A stretch of DNA of 39,674 nucleotides. It comes from Octopus bimaculoides. Its lineage: Eukaryota. A model generated the notes under the pieces. That model made no database searches and was not told the DNA's origin. It was given only the letters and a program-made list of their open reading frames with translations. Of the stretch, positions 11,171 to 22,402 are shown piece after piece. Made by a program: the position numbers and the translations under genes. The stretch spans positions 28,701,017-28,740,690 of the forward strand of contig NC_068993.1 in the NCBI RefSeq assembly GCF_001194135.2. The letters run 5' to 3'. Every line of letters starts with the position of its first letter. The stretch's first letter is position 1.

Positions 11171-11760
11171 GTGCCTATGTTGGTTCAGGTTTTCTGCTCG
11201 AATCTCAATTGTATGGCTTCAACTCTTTGCGATATGCTAGTAATCTAATGGCTGAGACATACATCAAGAGACTGATGATTTCATAGGTTGTTTTCATACA
11301 TCTGGACTGTGTGGTTTTTAAATATTTGTTAGTGATTTTATTTATTGTTGCTAATTCTAATTTACTGGGTTTGTGACTTAAACTGGTGTTGTATAGCCTG
11401 TCATTCAAATTAAGCTTGTAAACCTGTTGAAACATACCATCCCAGATCACTTGTAAGGTGTCCACAAGCTTTTGGTGTTCTGTTTGTACAGTATAGGTAT
11501 TTATTTCAGCTAAATTGTTGGTGTGTTGCTTACTGTTAGATCCAGCTGAATGTTTTGTCTGTTCATCAGTGGAGAGGGGATGAACTTCAACTGAATTGTT
11601 GATGTGATTACTACTAAATTCAGCTGACCATTCTGTCTGTCCATCAGTGGAAGTGGGTCGATTAAATTCAATGGCTGGCTGCTTTGAATTAGATATGTCC
11701 ATTAGACATATCAATTTACACCTAATGATATATTTCATTTATCAATTTGTGTTGCAAGAT
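11171..11760 (-). mobile_element. Tentative R4/Dong-like LINE N-terminal fragment (ORF 11205-11738, 177 aa)
   Basis: The segment ..VYKLNLNDRL..LSHKPSKLELATINKITNKYL..EIISLLMYVSAIRLL resembles the helical pre-RT region of R4-clade ORFs. No host-protein match recognised. Confidence 0.4.
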
Positions 11761-11804
11761 TCCCGATCTGAAATTGTGTGTTAAAACAGATATTGTTGTA
11801 TTTT

Positions 11805-12190
11805 GGGATACTCTTTTATTCTTTTACTTGTTTCAGTCATTTGACTATGGCCATGCTGGAGCACTACCTTTAGTTGAACAAATCGAATCCAGAACTTATT
11901 CTTTATAAGCCTAGTACTTGTTCTATCGGTCTCTTTTGCAGAACCGCTAATTTATGGGGGATGTAAACACACCAGCATCGGTTTTCAAGCGATGGTGAGG
12001 AGACAAACACAGACACACATATACATACATTACATATATATATGACAGGCTTCTTTCAGTTTCTGTCTACCAAATCCACTCGGTCCCAGGCTATTGGAGA
12101 AGACACTTGCCCAATGTGCCATGCAGTGGGACTGAACCCAGAACCATGTGGTTGGGAAGTTAGCTTCTTACCACACAGCCACCCATGGTC
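11805..12190 (-). mobile_element. tRNA-derived CORE-like SINE (octopus OK/OR-type) with internal CA/TA microsatellite
   Basis: The minus strand shows an A-box-like TGGCTGTGTGGTAAGAAGC, a B-box-like GGGTTCAGTCCC and a TTGGGCAAGTGTCTT core. Tail GGCCATAGTCAAATGACTGAAACAAGTAAAAGAATAAAAGAGTA is shared with 23303-23362. Confidence 0.85.
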
Positions 12191-12210
12191 ATTTTTATTT
12201 ATATATTTAT

Positions 12211-12490
12211 TTTTTGCTAAATAAACACGTGCACTAAATATTTGTTCTTCATTCCTTTATTACTGTTCTTATTCTTTAAAATTTTAACTCATGTCCATTG
12301 TCTGGAAATCTTTCTCTAATAGAGTAAGTGGAGTAACAGCACACATGAAAATGAAAAGTGTTGCTGAAGAGGTCACAGATGTGTGATAAAAGAATTCTGG
12401 ACAATGGACATGAGCTAAAATTAAAAAAAAAGAACAGTAATAAACGAGTGACAAACAAGTATATAGTGCATGTGTTTATTTGGTAAAAAA
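12211..12490. repeat. Foldback element: about 105-bp imperfect inverted arms around an about 72-bp spacer
   Basis: AATTTTAACTCATGTCCATTGTCTGGAAATCTTTT (about 12279-12313) pairs with AAAAGAATTCTGGACAATGGACATGAGCTAAAATT (about 12388-12422). Pairing continues outward through TTTATTACTGTTCTT/AAGAACAGTAATAAA and AAATAAACAC/GTGTTTATTT. Confidence 0.85.
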
Positions 12491-13639
12491 AAAAAAAGAC
12501 TATCCTGAAATACAACAAGATATGAAGAGAAGCTATTTAAGAAAGAAAGCATGATTTGTATTTTATTTTTATTCTGCTAAGTTATTTCATTTCCAGTTAC
12601 AATAATATATTAAATAGTTTTTAAATTGCTCTCTGCTAAACGTTTTATATTTCTCTCTTTCTCTTTACCTCTTCCACAAACTTTTTAACTATGTAATTCT
12701 TCTCTTCATGTCTTTAATATTTCTCTTTCTCTTCACCTTTCATTTCCACTAACCATATGAGTGACAGCATAATGCATCAGTTGGCTATCTGCTCTCTCAC
12801 ATTCCCTCTTCCTCTCTCCCATTCCACCTCCTCCTCTCTAACAAACTAAAGCATAAAGTGTGAATGAACAGATAGAAAAATAACATTATAAAAAAATACT
12901 TTTCACTATCAACACACCACTACCACCACCATCATCATCACTATAGTTTTTTGTAACAAAGCTCATTTCAGTTCAGTTCAGTTCAACTGTTTGATTATTT
13001 CTACTTTTGCTTGCTGTCAATGTATCTCTACTCTGACAATACAAATGTTATCTGACTCTGTCTGTCTGTCTGTCTCTTAATGTGACTGCCTCCCCTGTCC
13101 ATCTCTTTCTATTTGTTTTCCTTTAAATTCACCACCAGAAATTACCCTCTGCTAAATATTATATCTTAAACATATCTCTTCCCTTTTATCTTTCCCTCCT
13201 CACCCTATAGAACATCATTAACACTTCTTTCTCCCTCTTTTCTTTTACCATCTTTTTCTCTTGCTCTTCATCTCTCTCTTGAACTAATAACAAGATGCAT
13301 TTAGCCTTATGATACATCTTCCTCTACTTCTTCCTCACTTCTTTCTTTTCTACTCACACTCCTCCCCTCTTTCTCTCTCTCACTTTTATTTCACCTCTTA
13401 CTCACCCCATCTCCACCTCTCTAACTAACTAAAGTATAACGGGCAGATGAACAAGCAGATTATTATATAAATGTATTGTTTATATTGATATGTTGCAATA
13501 TATGTAATGTTTGAAATACTAATGTTGAAATATTCATCTGTAATCTTTCTGCACTCTAACTCAACTTTTCCTGTATCTGGTATGCTGTCTTCATAGGAGC
13601 AGTAATTACACAAGTGAAAGTATTGGACTGATCATTATG

Positions 13640-13821
13640 CATGTATGTATGTATGTATGTATGTATGTATGTATGTATGTATGTATGTATGTATGAACAG
13701 GGTGTCCACAAAGTCTGGGTACATGGGGATTAACACATACTTTAAGAAATTATTTCTTATATTTAATTGTTTATGTTATGATTTTATTTACTCCATGAAC
13801 CCAGACCCTGTGGACACCCTG

Positions 13822-13855
<34 letters not shown>

Positions 13856-13925
13856 TGTATGTATGTATGTATGCATGTATGTATGTTTGTATGCATGTAT
13901 GTTTGCATGTATGTACGTACCTACA
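13640..13925. repeat. (ATGT)n tetranucleotide microsatellite split by a MITE
   Basis: Directly visible on both sides of 13698-13821. Confidence 0.95.
13698..13821. mobile_element. 124-bp Tc1/mariner-type MITE with about 31-bp TIRs
   Basis: CAGGGTGTCCACAAAGTCTGGGTACATGGGG versus the reverse complement of the right end, CAGGGTGTCCACAGGGTCTGGGTTCATGGAG (4 mismatches). TA at 13822-13823; the left flank is AA, presumably a mutated TA. Confidence 0.85.
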
Positions 13926-13936
13926 TACAAACATTG

Positions 13937-14018
13937 CTCTAAATTAAAAAGAGAAAGAGAACAAACATACAAGCATGCAGGCATTTATATTTGTTCTCTT
14001 TCTCTTCTTAATTTAGAG
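13937..14018. repeat. Short hairpin/foldback: 33-bp arms, about 16-nt loop
   Basis: CTCTAAATTAAAAAGAGAAAGAGAACAAACATA versus reverse complement CTCTAAATTAAGAAGAGAAAGAGAACAAATATA (2 mismatches). Confidence 0.9.
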
Positions 14019-14070
14019 TAAATTTTGACCATGTATGTGTGTATGTACGTATGTAATGTACACATGTAAT

Positions 14071-14274
14071 TATTATGGGGATAATAGTAATAATGGAACA
14101 CCCCTCCCACATGATGAGTAGTATGTACTAGTTGCTATAAATATTGTGATGTAGAAAGTCAAGAAGAGTGTCAGTCAGGTAGACAGTCATTAAATAGTTA
14201 TGTCTTACTTGTCTAACCAACTATACTACTATACCGGAATGGACATTATAACAGCCCAACGGAGGATTACAACA
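14071..14274 (+). repeat. 5' LTR (204 bp)
   Basis: Starts TATTATGGGGATAATAG (TG mutated to TA), homologous to 18334 onward, and ends ...TTACAACA just before the PBS. Confidence 0.88.
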
Positions 14275-14275
14275 G

Positions 14276-14287
14276 TGGCAACAAGGA
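14276..14287 (+). promoter_or_regulatory. Primer-binding site, probably tRNA-Ser(GCU)
   Basis: TGGCAACAAGG equals TGGCGACGAGG after two CpG-to-CpA changes. TGGCGACGAGG is complementary to the ...CCTCGTCGCCA 3' end of animal tRNA-Ser(GCU). Confidence 0.65.
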
Positions 14288-14386
14288 ATTAACAAACTCA
14301 TGAGGATTAAATAAACTCACAAGGCATTGCGAAACTCACAAAAGTTTTTTTTTACAGCATATAAAAACATAAAATTATAGTAAAAT

Positions 14387-15280
14387 TTGTTGGCCGGTTT
14401 ACTCAAGTCACAAAAACAACAACTGCAAGAACAACAACAAAAATTACTATTACAGCAACAAATGCTACAATTAATGCATAGTAACTCATCAAAGAAAGCT
14501 GAAAAGATGTTCTCATCAGGTTATGTTGCAAAGTCAGTAACGGAATTCAAGTTTGAACCAAGCGAAAGAGTTACCTTCGAGGTGTACTATAGAAGATATG
14601 AACAGATCTTCAATAAAGAGTGCAAAGATTGGGACAATGATATGAAAATGCATCTAATTCTAAGGAAACTGGCAGCAGGAGAACATGAATGTGACAGTAG
14701 TTATGTACTCCTGAAAAAACCTGACATAAACTTTAAAAATACAATAGACATATTGTGTAAAATTTTTAGTGAGAAAAGCTCATTGTTCAATACAAGCTGG
14801 AAATGTTTGAGCCTAGAAAAGAATGAGAAGGACCACATCAAATATGCTGGTAGAGTTAACAGAGAATGTGAAAAGTTCAAACTGGACAAATTAACACCAA
14901 AGATATTCAAGTGTCTGATATTTACTCAAAATGACGCAAAAGTAAGAACAAGAATTCTCGCTAAGCTGTAACAAAACCTAGTTGTACCCTTACAACAAGT
15001 GTCAGAACAGGGCGAAAGAATAGTAAATTTAAGACACAACACAGAGAAAATTGAACATAAAGATTGCTCCCAAGTGAAACAAGTGTGAAACAAGTGTGAA
15101 ACAAGCAGAAGAGAAATCAAATGTATACTAAAATACAGTACAAAGAGGACAAAAAGCAGGAGACAAACCCATGCTTTGCATATGGAGGTCTATACCCAAG
15201 AAAGAACTGCCCATTTAAGAAAGTGGAGTGTTTCTGTTGTGGAAAAATTGGACATTGTAAAAGTGCTCTATAAAACCAAG
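14387..15280 (+). pseudogene. gag: Gypsy gag (disrupted)
   Basis: ORF 14387-14971 (EFKFEPSERVTFEVYYRRYEQIF..LRKL), followed by tandem zinc knuckles CFAYGG..CPFKKVECFCCGKIGHC at about 15172-15265. Confidence 0.85.
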
Positions 15281-15369
15281 ATGACAAAATGTTGGGACAA
15301 AGAAAAAAGAATAAACATAATGTCGTCGAAAGAAAACAGTAATGTGACAAAGAGAAAATTCATAAATGT

Positions 15370-18083
15370 GAAAATCAAAAATATAAGAGTAAAAATGCAG
15401 TTAGACACTGGAAGTGATATTACTGTTGTGAGTGAAGAAACTTGGAAGTATAGTGGTAAATTAAAATTAAGTAAATCTAAAAAAGTAGGACACATTGTTA
15501 TGGGTAAATGATTATATTTTGTAGGCAAATTTGCGTGTAACATGACATTTCATGACCAAATGAAAACAGCAAAAGTATATGTTAAAAAATTCAGTAAAAC
15601 TATTCAGCACAGAGTGGATGGAACTGTTCAAATTGTGAATATGCTGATAAGTGTTTTGTGTGGAAATATAGTCAGTTCAGTCGAAGGTTCAAATGCAGCT
15701 GGGGGATTGAAACGAAAAATAAAACATTTATTTCCAGATGTTTTCTTGGAGGAACTGGACTGCTGGATGAAAACGAAGGCAAAAATTGTAGTAAAACAAA
15801 GTGCACCGCCTGTATTTAAGCCAAGATGGAATGTACCATTTGCGGCAATAGAGTAAGCAAATAAGGAACTTAAAAGACTTGAAAGCCTAGAAATAATTGA
15901 GAAGATGGACCACTCAGACTGGGTAGCACCTACAGTCTACATAAAAAAGAAAAATAATAAGTTAAAAGTTTGTGCAGATCTTTCAACAGGGTTGAATGAT
16001 TGCTTAATCTCACATAACTACCCATTGCCGAGTTCTGAGGAAGTATTCGCAAAATTGAATGGAGGGAAATTCTTCTCAAAATTAGACCTCTCAGAGGTAT
16101 ATTTACAAATTAAGCATTAATACACATCGTGGTTTATTTAGATTTAAGCAGCTTCACATGAACAGCATGTAGAACACGTTAAAAGGGTATTCAAAAAGAT
16201 AAGAGAATATGGCTTTGAGATTAGTGAAGATAAAATGCAAGAGTCTTTCTGAAAAAAATTAAATGCTTGGGCCAGATAATAGATAAAAAAACAGATGCAA
16301 ACCGGATCCATCCAGTGCAACTGCAATAAAAAATACATCCACATCGAATAATTCTTGGGTTTTGTGAATTACAATCAAATTTACATTCCTAATATACACA
16401 ATGAAAGGGCCCCACTCAATGATTTGTTTAAGGAAAATGCAAAATGGTGTTGAACTGATAAGTGCCAGAAGGCATTTGACAAATTAAGAATACATTTTAA
16501 CATCGAACTTATTGTTAACGCATGTTCATTCAAAGTTGGAAATTATATCGGTTACAGATGTGATTATGATGATGGGAGTAAAAAGACTATAGCCCATGTG
16601 TCACAATCATTATTACCAGCTAAAGGAACTATAGCCAATTAGAAAAGGAAGCATTAGCAATCATATTTAGTGTGAAAAAATTCCATAGATTTATTCATGG
16701 AAGAAGTTTCTATCTACAAACAGATCATCATCCACTACTGTCAATATACAGTGCTAAAAAAGGAATACCAACACACACAGTGAATAGACCACAGCAATGG
16801 GGCACTACATTATTGAATCATGATTACAGAATGGAATATTTACCGTCAACGAAACTAGGGCATATGGATGGTTTGTCCAGACTGATACCGAAACACTGCA
16901 AGCCATTCAAAGATACGATAATCACACCATTAAGGTCAGAAGCAGAAATAAAAATCGTAATGTGGAATGTGGTATATGAATTACTGGTGACCCTAGAAGA
17001 CATAAAATGAAATGCAGGAAAGGGAAAATTCATAACAGAAATGAAAAGAATATTATGGACAGGAAAACTAAATAGGAATAGGATTGGTGTGAAACGAAAC
17101 CATGACATGAACCTATACTCAATTTGTAAAGGTGTACTGATGTATGCACAGGGAATAGTAACACCTGAAACATTGCAAAAGAAACTGTTGAGGGAGTTCC
17201 ATGTTGGACAGCCTGATATTTCAAGGAAGAAAACTTTAATGTGTAGTTACTGGCCAAAAATGGATAGAGAAATTGAAAACTTAGTGAAAGATTGCAGAGA
17301 ATGTGCACTAGCAGCTAAGTTACAGATGATAAAAAGTGAACCTTTCCCAAAAATAGACGTTCCATGGTTGAGACTACACATTGATTTCACTAGTCCCTTA
17401 AATGGTTCATACTACTAAGTAATAATAGATAGTTTCTCTAAATGTCCAGAAATTTGTAAGTGTAAAAAGCCAACCTCCTCAACTATGACAAACTTTCTAC
17501 ATGAGTTGTTGCAACATTAGGTATCCCAGATGTGATAGTGTCTGGCAATGGAATGCAATTTGTGTCTTTTGAGTTTAAAAAGTATTGTAAAATGTTCACT
17601 GTAGAACATGTAACTATGACGTCATACCATCCCAGATCTTATGGACAAGCAGAACACTTTGTCAATGCATTCAAAAGAGCCCTAATAAAGTCAAATAAGG
17701 AAGTCATGGATAAGGTAGCTCTACAACAATTCTTAAGAGTATATCATGTGACACCTAATCCAAATACACCAGCAAGTATGTTACCAGCGGAGCTGATGCT
17801 TGCGAGGAAAATAAAATCAGTCTTCAACAAATTACTACCTGGTAAGAAAAGAAAAATTGCAATGGATAATGCAGCAAGATATTTCAAAATTAGTGAAAAT
17901 GAATTTGTGAGAGCATATAAGAATGGAAAACAAAGTTGGGAAGATGACTTGATTACCAAACACACAGGAAAAAAGCTATACTTGGTAAAAGGAAGAAAAG
18001 GGGCATACAAGAGAAACATGAACCAGCTAAAAAAAAGATTTGTTGAAAGTGAACCCAAAAGAATGGAAGAACTAATGGAATGA
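15370..18083 (+). pseudogene. pol: Gypsy pol (protease, RT with deleted core, RNase H, integrase)
   Basis: LDTGSDITVV (protease); WVAPTVYIKK..VCADLSTGLN..FSKLDLSEVYLQI (RT); YSQLEKEALAI..LQTDHHPL (RNase H); FHVGQP..WPKMDREIE..CREC, PWLRLHIDF, YHPRSYGQAE (integrase). Many stops and frameshifts. Confidence 0.92.
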
Positions 18084-18322
18084 TTATATGATACTTTTCA
18101 AGTACCAACACTGCTACAGATAATTGCACCCAGACACACAAGTGAAAGAAAAAGAAAATGTATGGAGTTCCTGGAAGTGAATGCCAAACAGAAAAATATT
18201 AAATGTGTAACTGTGTGAAAAAAGAAAGAAAAAAACTCAAAAAAGGGAGGAGGTGGGGTGATATAAAAATTATTGCTAATAGAAGAAATAAAATTACACT
18301 CCCTAGGAAAAAAGAAAAACTT

Positions 18323-18333
18323 AAAAGGGGAGA
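18323..18333 (+). promoter_or_regulatory. Polypurine tract
   Basis: AAAAGGGGAGA immediately before the TG that starts the 3' LTR at 18334. Confidence 0.85.
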
Positions 18334-18482
18334 TGTTATGGGGATAATAGTCATAATGGAACACCCTCTTATGTGATGAGTAGTATGTGCTAGTCACTAT
18401 AAACACTGTGACGTAGGAAATCGAGAAGAGTATCAGTTGGGTAGATGGTCATTAGATAGTCATGTCCTACTTGTCTGACTAT
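18334..18482 (+). repeat. 3' LTR (truncated by gap 18483-19183)
   Basis: TGTTATGGGGATAATAG... aligns with the 5' LTR over about 148 nt. Confidence 0.92.
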
Positions 18483-19183
18483 NNNNNNNNNNNNNNNNNN
18501 NNNNNNNNNNNNNNNNNNNNNNNNNNNNNNNNNNNNNNNNNNNNNNNNNNNNNNNNNNNNNNNNNNNNNNNNNNNNNNNNNNNNNNNNNNNNNNNNNNNN
18601 NNNNNNNNNNNNNNNNNNNNNNNNNNNNNNNNNNNNNNNNNNNNNNNNNNNNNNNNNNNNNNNNNNNNNNNNNNNNNNNNNNNNNNNNNNNNNNNNNNNN
18701 NNNNNNNNNNNNNNNNNNNNNNNNNNNNNNNNNNNNNNNNNNNNNNNNNNNNNNNNNNNNNNNNNNNNNNNNNNNNNNNNNNNNNNNNNNNNNNNNNNNN
18801 NNNNNNNNNNNNNNNNNNNNNNNNNNNNNNNNNNNNNNNNNNNNNNNNNNNNNNNNNNNNNNNNNNNNNNNNNNNNNNNNNNNNNNNNNNNNNNNNNNNN
18901 NNNNNNNNNNNNNNNNNNNNNNNNNNNNNNNNNNNNNNNNNNNNNNNNNNNNNNNNNNNNNNNNNNNNNNNNNNNNNNNNNNNNNNNNNNNNNNNNNNNN
19001 NNNNNNNNNNNNNNNNNNNNNNNNNNNNNNNNNNNNNNNNNNNNNNNNNNNNNNNNNNNNNNNNNNNNNNNNNNNNNNNNNNNNNNNNNNNNNNNNNNNN
19101 NNNNNNNNNNNNNNNNNNNNNNNNNNNNNNNNNNNNNNNNNNNNNNNNNNNNNNNNNNNNNNNNNNNNNNNNNNNNNNNNNNN

Positions 19184-19248
19184 GTAGGTAGGTAGGTAGG
19201 TAGGTAGGTAGGTAGGTAGGTAGGTAGGTAGGTAGGTACATAGGTAGG
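19184..19248. repeat. (GTAG)n microsatellite
   Basis: Directly visible after the gap. Confidence 0.95.
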
Positions 19249-19319
19249 AAAGTATGATCCCATCGAAGTCTAAGTCCTCTCCATGAAGCAGAATTAATCA
19301 AGACATCAGTAAAATGTGT

Positions 19320-19760
19320 ATATCTCTGATCTTGACAATGTTGATGATCTTTCACTTGCAGCTCATTATCTGTATGATGCACAAGTCCTGTAAACATTTC
19401 TTGAAAATGTTGCAGCAAAAGTTAGTCTGTTTCATAATACAAAGAAAACAGAAATTACTATTATTGAAGATGAAAGTCACTACCAATTTGTTCTAATGAT
19501 GGCACACAACTCAAAGTGGTCAATAGCTTTAAGTACCTAGGGTCCTACATTGCTGACAGTAAGGAAGACTTTATTACATATAAAGGAAAATCTGAAGTGA
19601 TCTGGCAATCAAATATTTCAGAGTCAACAAGACTTGATACTTTATGGCATGTACTGAAACTTGCACTATGAAGAAGGAGCTTCAGGACTGACTTGATGGT
19701 ACATACACCTGTCTTCTCAGAAACATGCAACATAAAACTGAGAACAGGCCAAAGATAACT
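19320..19760 (+). mobile_element. Decayed RT fragment of a second RTE-type LINE family (no cysteine finger seen)
   Basis: ISDLDNVDDLSL (decayed FADD motif), AAKVSLFHNTKKTE and LKVVNSFKYLGSYI. Confidence 0.7.
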
Positions 19761-20359
19761 GGGACTGAGATTTCTGATGCAGTCTTGTCAGATGCAACCC
19801 AGTTGTGGATGCTTGAAAAAAGTATATATATTGTTCATATGTACATATATGTACATGCACATATACATATGTACAAGACAAATGGATTGATATTATAGAC
19901 TGTACGCATGTTTACTACAACTCACTCATTCACAAAACCCAAGCACTCATACATGTGCTTGCATACACACACACACACACACACATGCACGCACACACAT
20001 CACACACATCACACACACACTAACATATAACATGTAAAACTAAAAAGAACGATGAACCAAAATATCATTTGTTGAGGGAAGTCTCTACAGTTTCTGCCCC
20101 TCCCTCTATCTTTCTCTCTCTCATTCTGTCATCTTAATTTGTCCCTTTATCTCACTTTTCTGAGAACATTAAAAATTAGAAGACAGTAAGCTCTAAATGT
20201 CAACAGTAGTACCATAGAAATATCACCAGGAGTACACACCTAGCAACAAGACAAACAGTTATACTGAACCTAAACACCTTTCCTCACTATCTACATACCC
20301 ACACAACCACTCCACCACACATACACTCATATATAGGTAAATAAATACATACACAAACA

Positions 20360-20456
20360 CACATGCATGTGCACATGCGCACACACACACACACAAATAA
20401 TTACAAACTTTTGAATTATGACATACTAGAAGACTCTCTCTCTTTTTCTCTCTCTC

Positions 20457-20504
<48 letters not shown>

Positions 20505-20601
20505 TACATACATATATATNNNNNNNNNNNNNNNNNNNNNNNNNNNNNNNNNNNNNNNNNNNNNNNTATACACATTTATCTCTCTCTCTATATATATATA
20601 A

Positions 20602-20668
<67 letters not shown>

Positions 20669-20740
20669 TGTATATACACTCATACATGTGCATACATATT
20701 CATTTACACCTATGCATATGCACACATATATATATGTGTA
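20360..20740. repeat. Compound CA/CT/TA/TG/AG microsatellite cluster with gap
   Basis: Directly visible. This explains the low-complexity ORFs predicted here. Confidence 0.95.
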
Positions 20741-21839
20741 TGTGGATACTTGTTTGCATTCAATGTAATCTGCAAAATATGTTATGTTTGGAAAAGGAAA
20801 TATTTTGAAAGCAGATAAGTTTAATATTTAATTTCATATATATGTGTGTGTGTGCATGTGTGAAAATGATAAACTAAATTCAATTTACAGTAAAAATTTA
20901 CAGTTTTATTTTGATTATACCAGCAGTGACTTCAGAACAAAACCTTTTACTACAGTTTGCCTGCATTTAGCATCAGTAATTGGCATTCACTTCCATTCTG
21001 TTTGTTGTTTTAGTCTCCTTTTCGCATGAGACACAACTTCAACACTTCCAAACTTCAAATTGTAAAGGTAGTGATTTATTCACCACAGTCCACCTCATTT
21101 AAAAAATATGTCCATAGTGAGCATGATAAGAGCTCAGATTAGTTGAAAACACAAAAAATCTAACTTACTACCAATTTTATTTTGTGAAAATAGCAGTCAA
21201 CATACAAACTTTGATTTTTATAAGTATATGCATGCACACAGGGAGTTCACAAAGGACATATGCATTCACTGAATGATTTGAAAGTCAGTGATTATAAAAG
21301 TACATTTCATTTTCAAAATTTAAGGAATATACACAAGAATGCCTATTTTCAAACTGATAACCATCCTGGTTCAGACACTACTCATAACAGAAGCAATGGA
21401 ATTACAAATATCAAGAAATGCTTTATTAAGCATTTGTGCACATTCTCATTCAATGGTTGTCTTCAATCCATTGACTGTTGCCATTTTGTGCCATAAATTT
21501 TATCTTTTAAGTATCCTCAGAAAAAAAGTTTAGTAGAGTGAAAACCAGCCCCCCCCCCCTATCAAAATCTCCTCAAGACAAGCTCCTACATTATTATGGT
21601 AGTGTGGGGGTGCCCAATCTTGCCAAAAATAAAATTCCACATCTTCAAAGTTCTCTTGAAGACTTGGCATGACAGATTGTCACAACAAGCTCAAGTAAAT
21701 GGGGTCAGTTAGGAGAAATAAACATCAGAGACCCTTTGCTCCATGCAGAAACTGCAAGTGCTACTCAAGTAAATGGGACCAGTAACAGTAACATCAAAAA
21801 AGAATGGATGAACTTGCTTTTTCATCACACATCCTCTGG

Positions 21840-22402
21840 CCTACCTGTACAACTCTCTTTCCCCCAATGACTTTCTCAGGATTCATCTCCACCCTAGTCT
21901 ATCACTCCCTTAATGTCCTCCTTCTCTTACACCTTCTGTCAATATATGCCCCCTTATTATATTGGATAGCCCTCAACCCCCACCCACCACACAATCAATG
22001 CTTTAACATTTTCAACTCTATCTTTTCTTTCCTTTCAACTGTGTAAGTAGTTCCTTTCTTCTCTCTTGTTCCCTGCTATATTTACTCATCTTCTTTTACT
22101 TACCATCTCTCATCTCTTTGCCATGGAACATAGCTCAATCTCTCTTCAATGCTTCCTCAGTTATACAGGCCATTTTAGGATCTTAGCCTTGCAAATTACA
22201 AGGTGATCATTGTAAGCACTTTTGCAATGAAAAGTACCCAGTAAATTATGTAAAGTGAGTGGTATCAAGAAGGCCATCCAGTCACAGAAACTATACCAAA
22301 GTAGACATTGGTGCATAACACAATTTAACTCATCAAACTCTGTCAAACTATCCAACGCATGCCTTTATGGAAGCCAGATATCAAATGATGATGATGATGA
22401 TT
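21840..22402 (+). mobile_element. Old RTE-type 3' UTR and tail ending in (GAT)n
   Basis: Pyrimidine-rich leader, then a degenerate AAAAGTACCCAGT..GAAGGCCATCCAGTCACAGAAAC..CCAACGCATGCC..ATGGAA..(GAT)n like the tails at 5140-5314 and 11000-11170. Confidence 0.65.

Larger units (their letters stand above)
14071..18482 (+). mobile_element. Ty3/Gypsy (Mag-like) LTR retrotransposon, decayed; 3' LTR runs into an assembly gap
   Basis: 5' LTR, PBS, gag with two CCHC knuckles, then PR-RT-RNaseH-IN order, PPT and 3' LTR. Confidence 0.95.

Noticed and set aside
12120-12190. tRNA gene
   Set aside because: Only A- and B-box-like remnants in a SINE head, with no complete cloverleaf; the same applies at 8626-8710.
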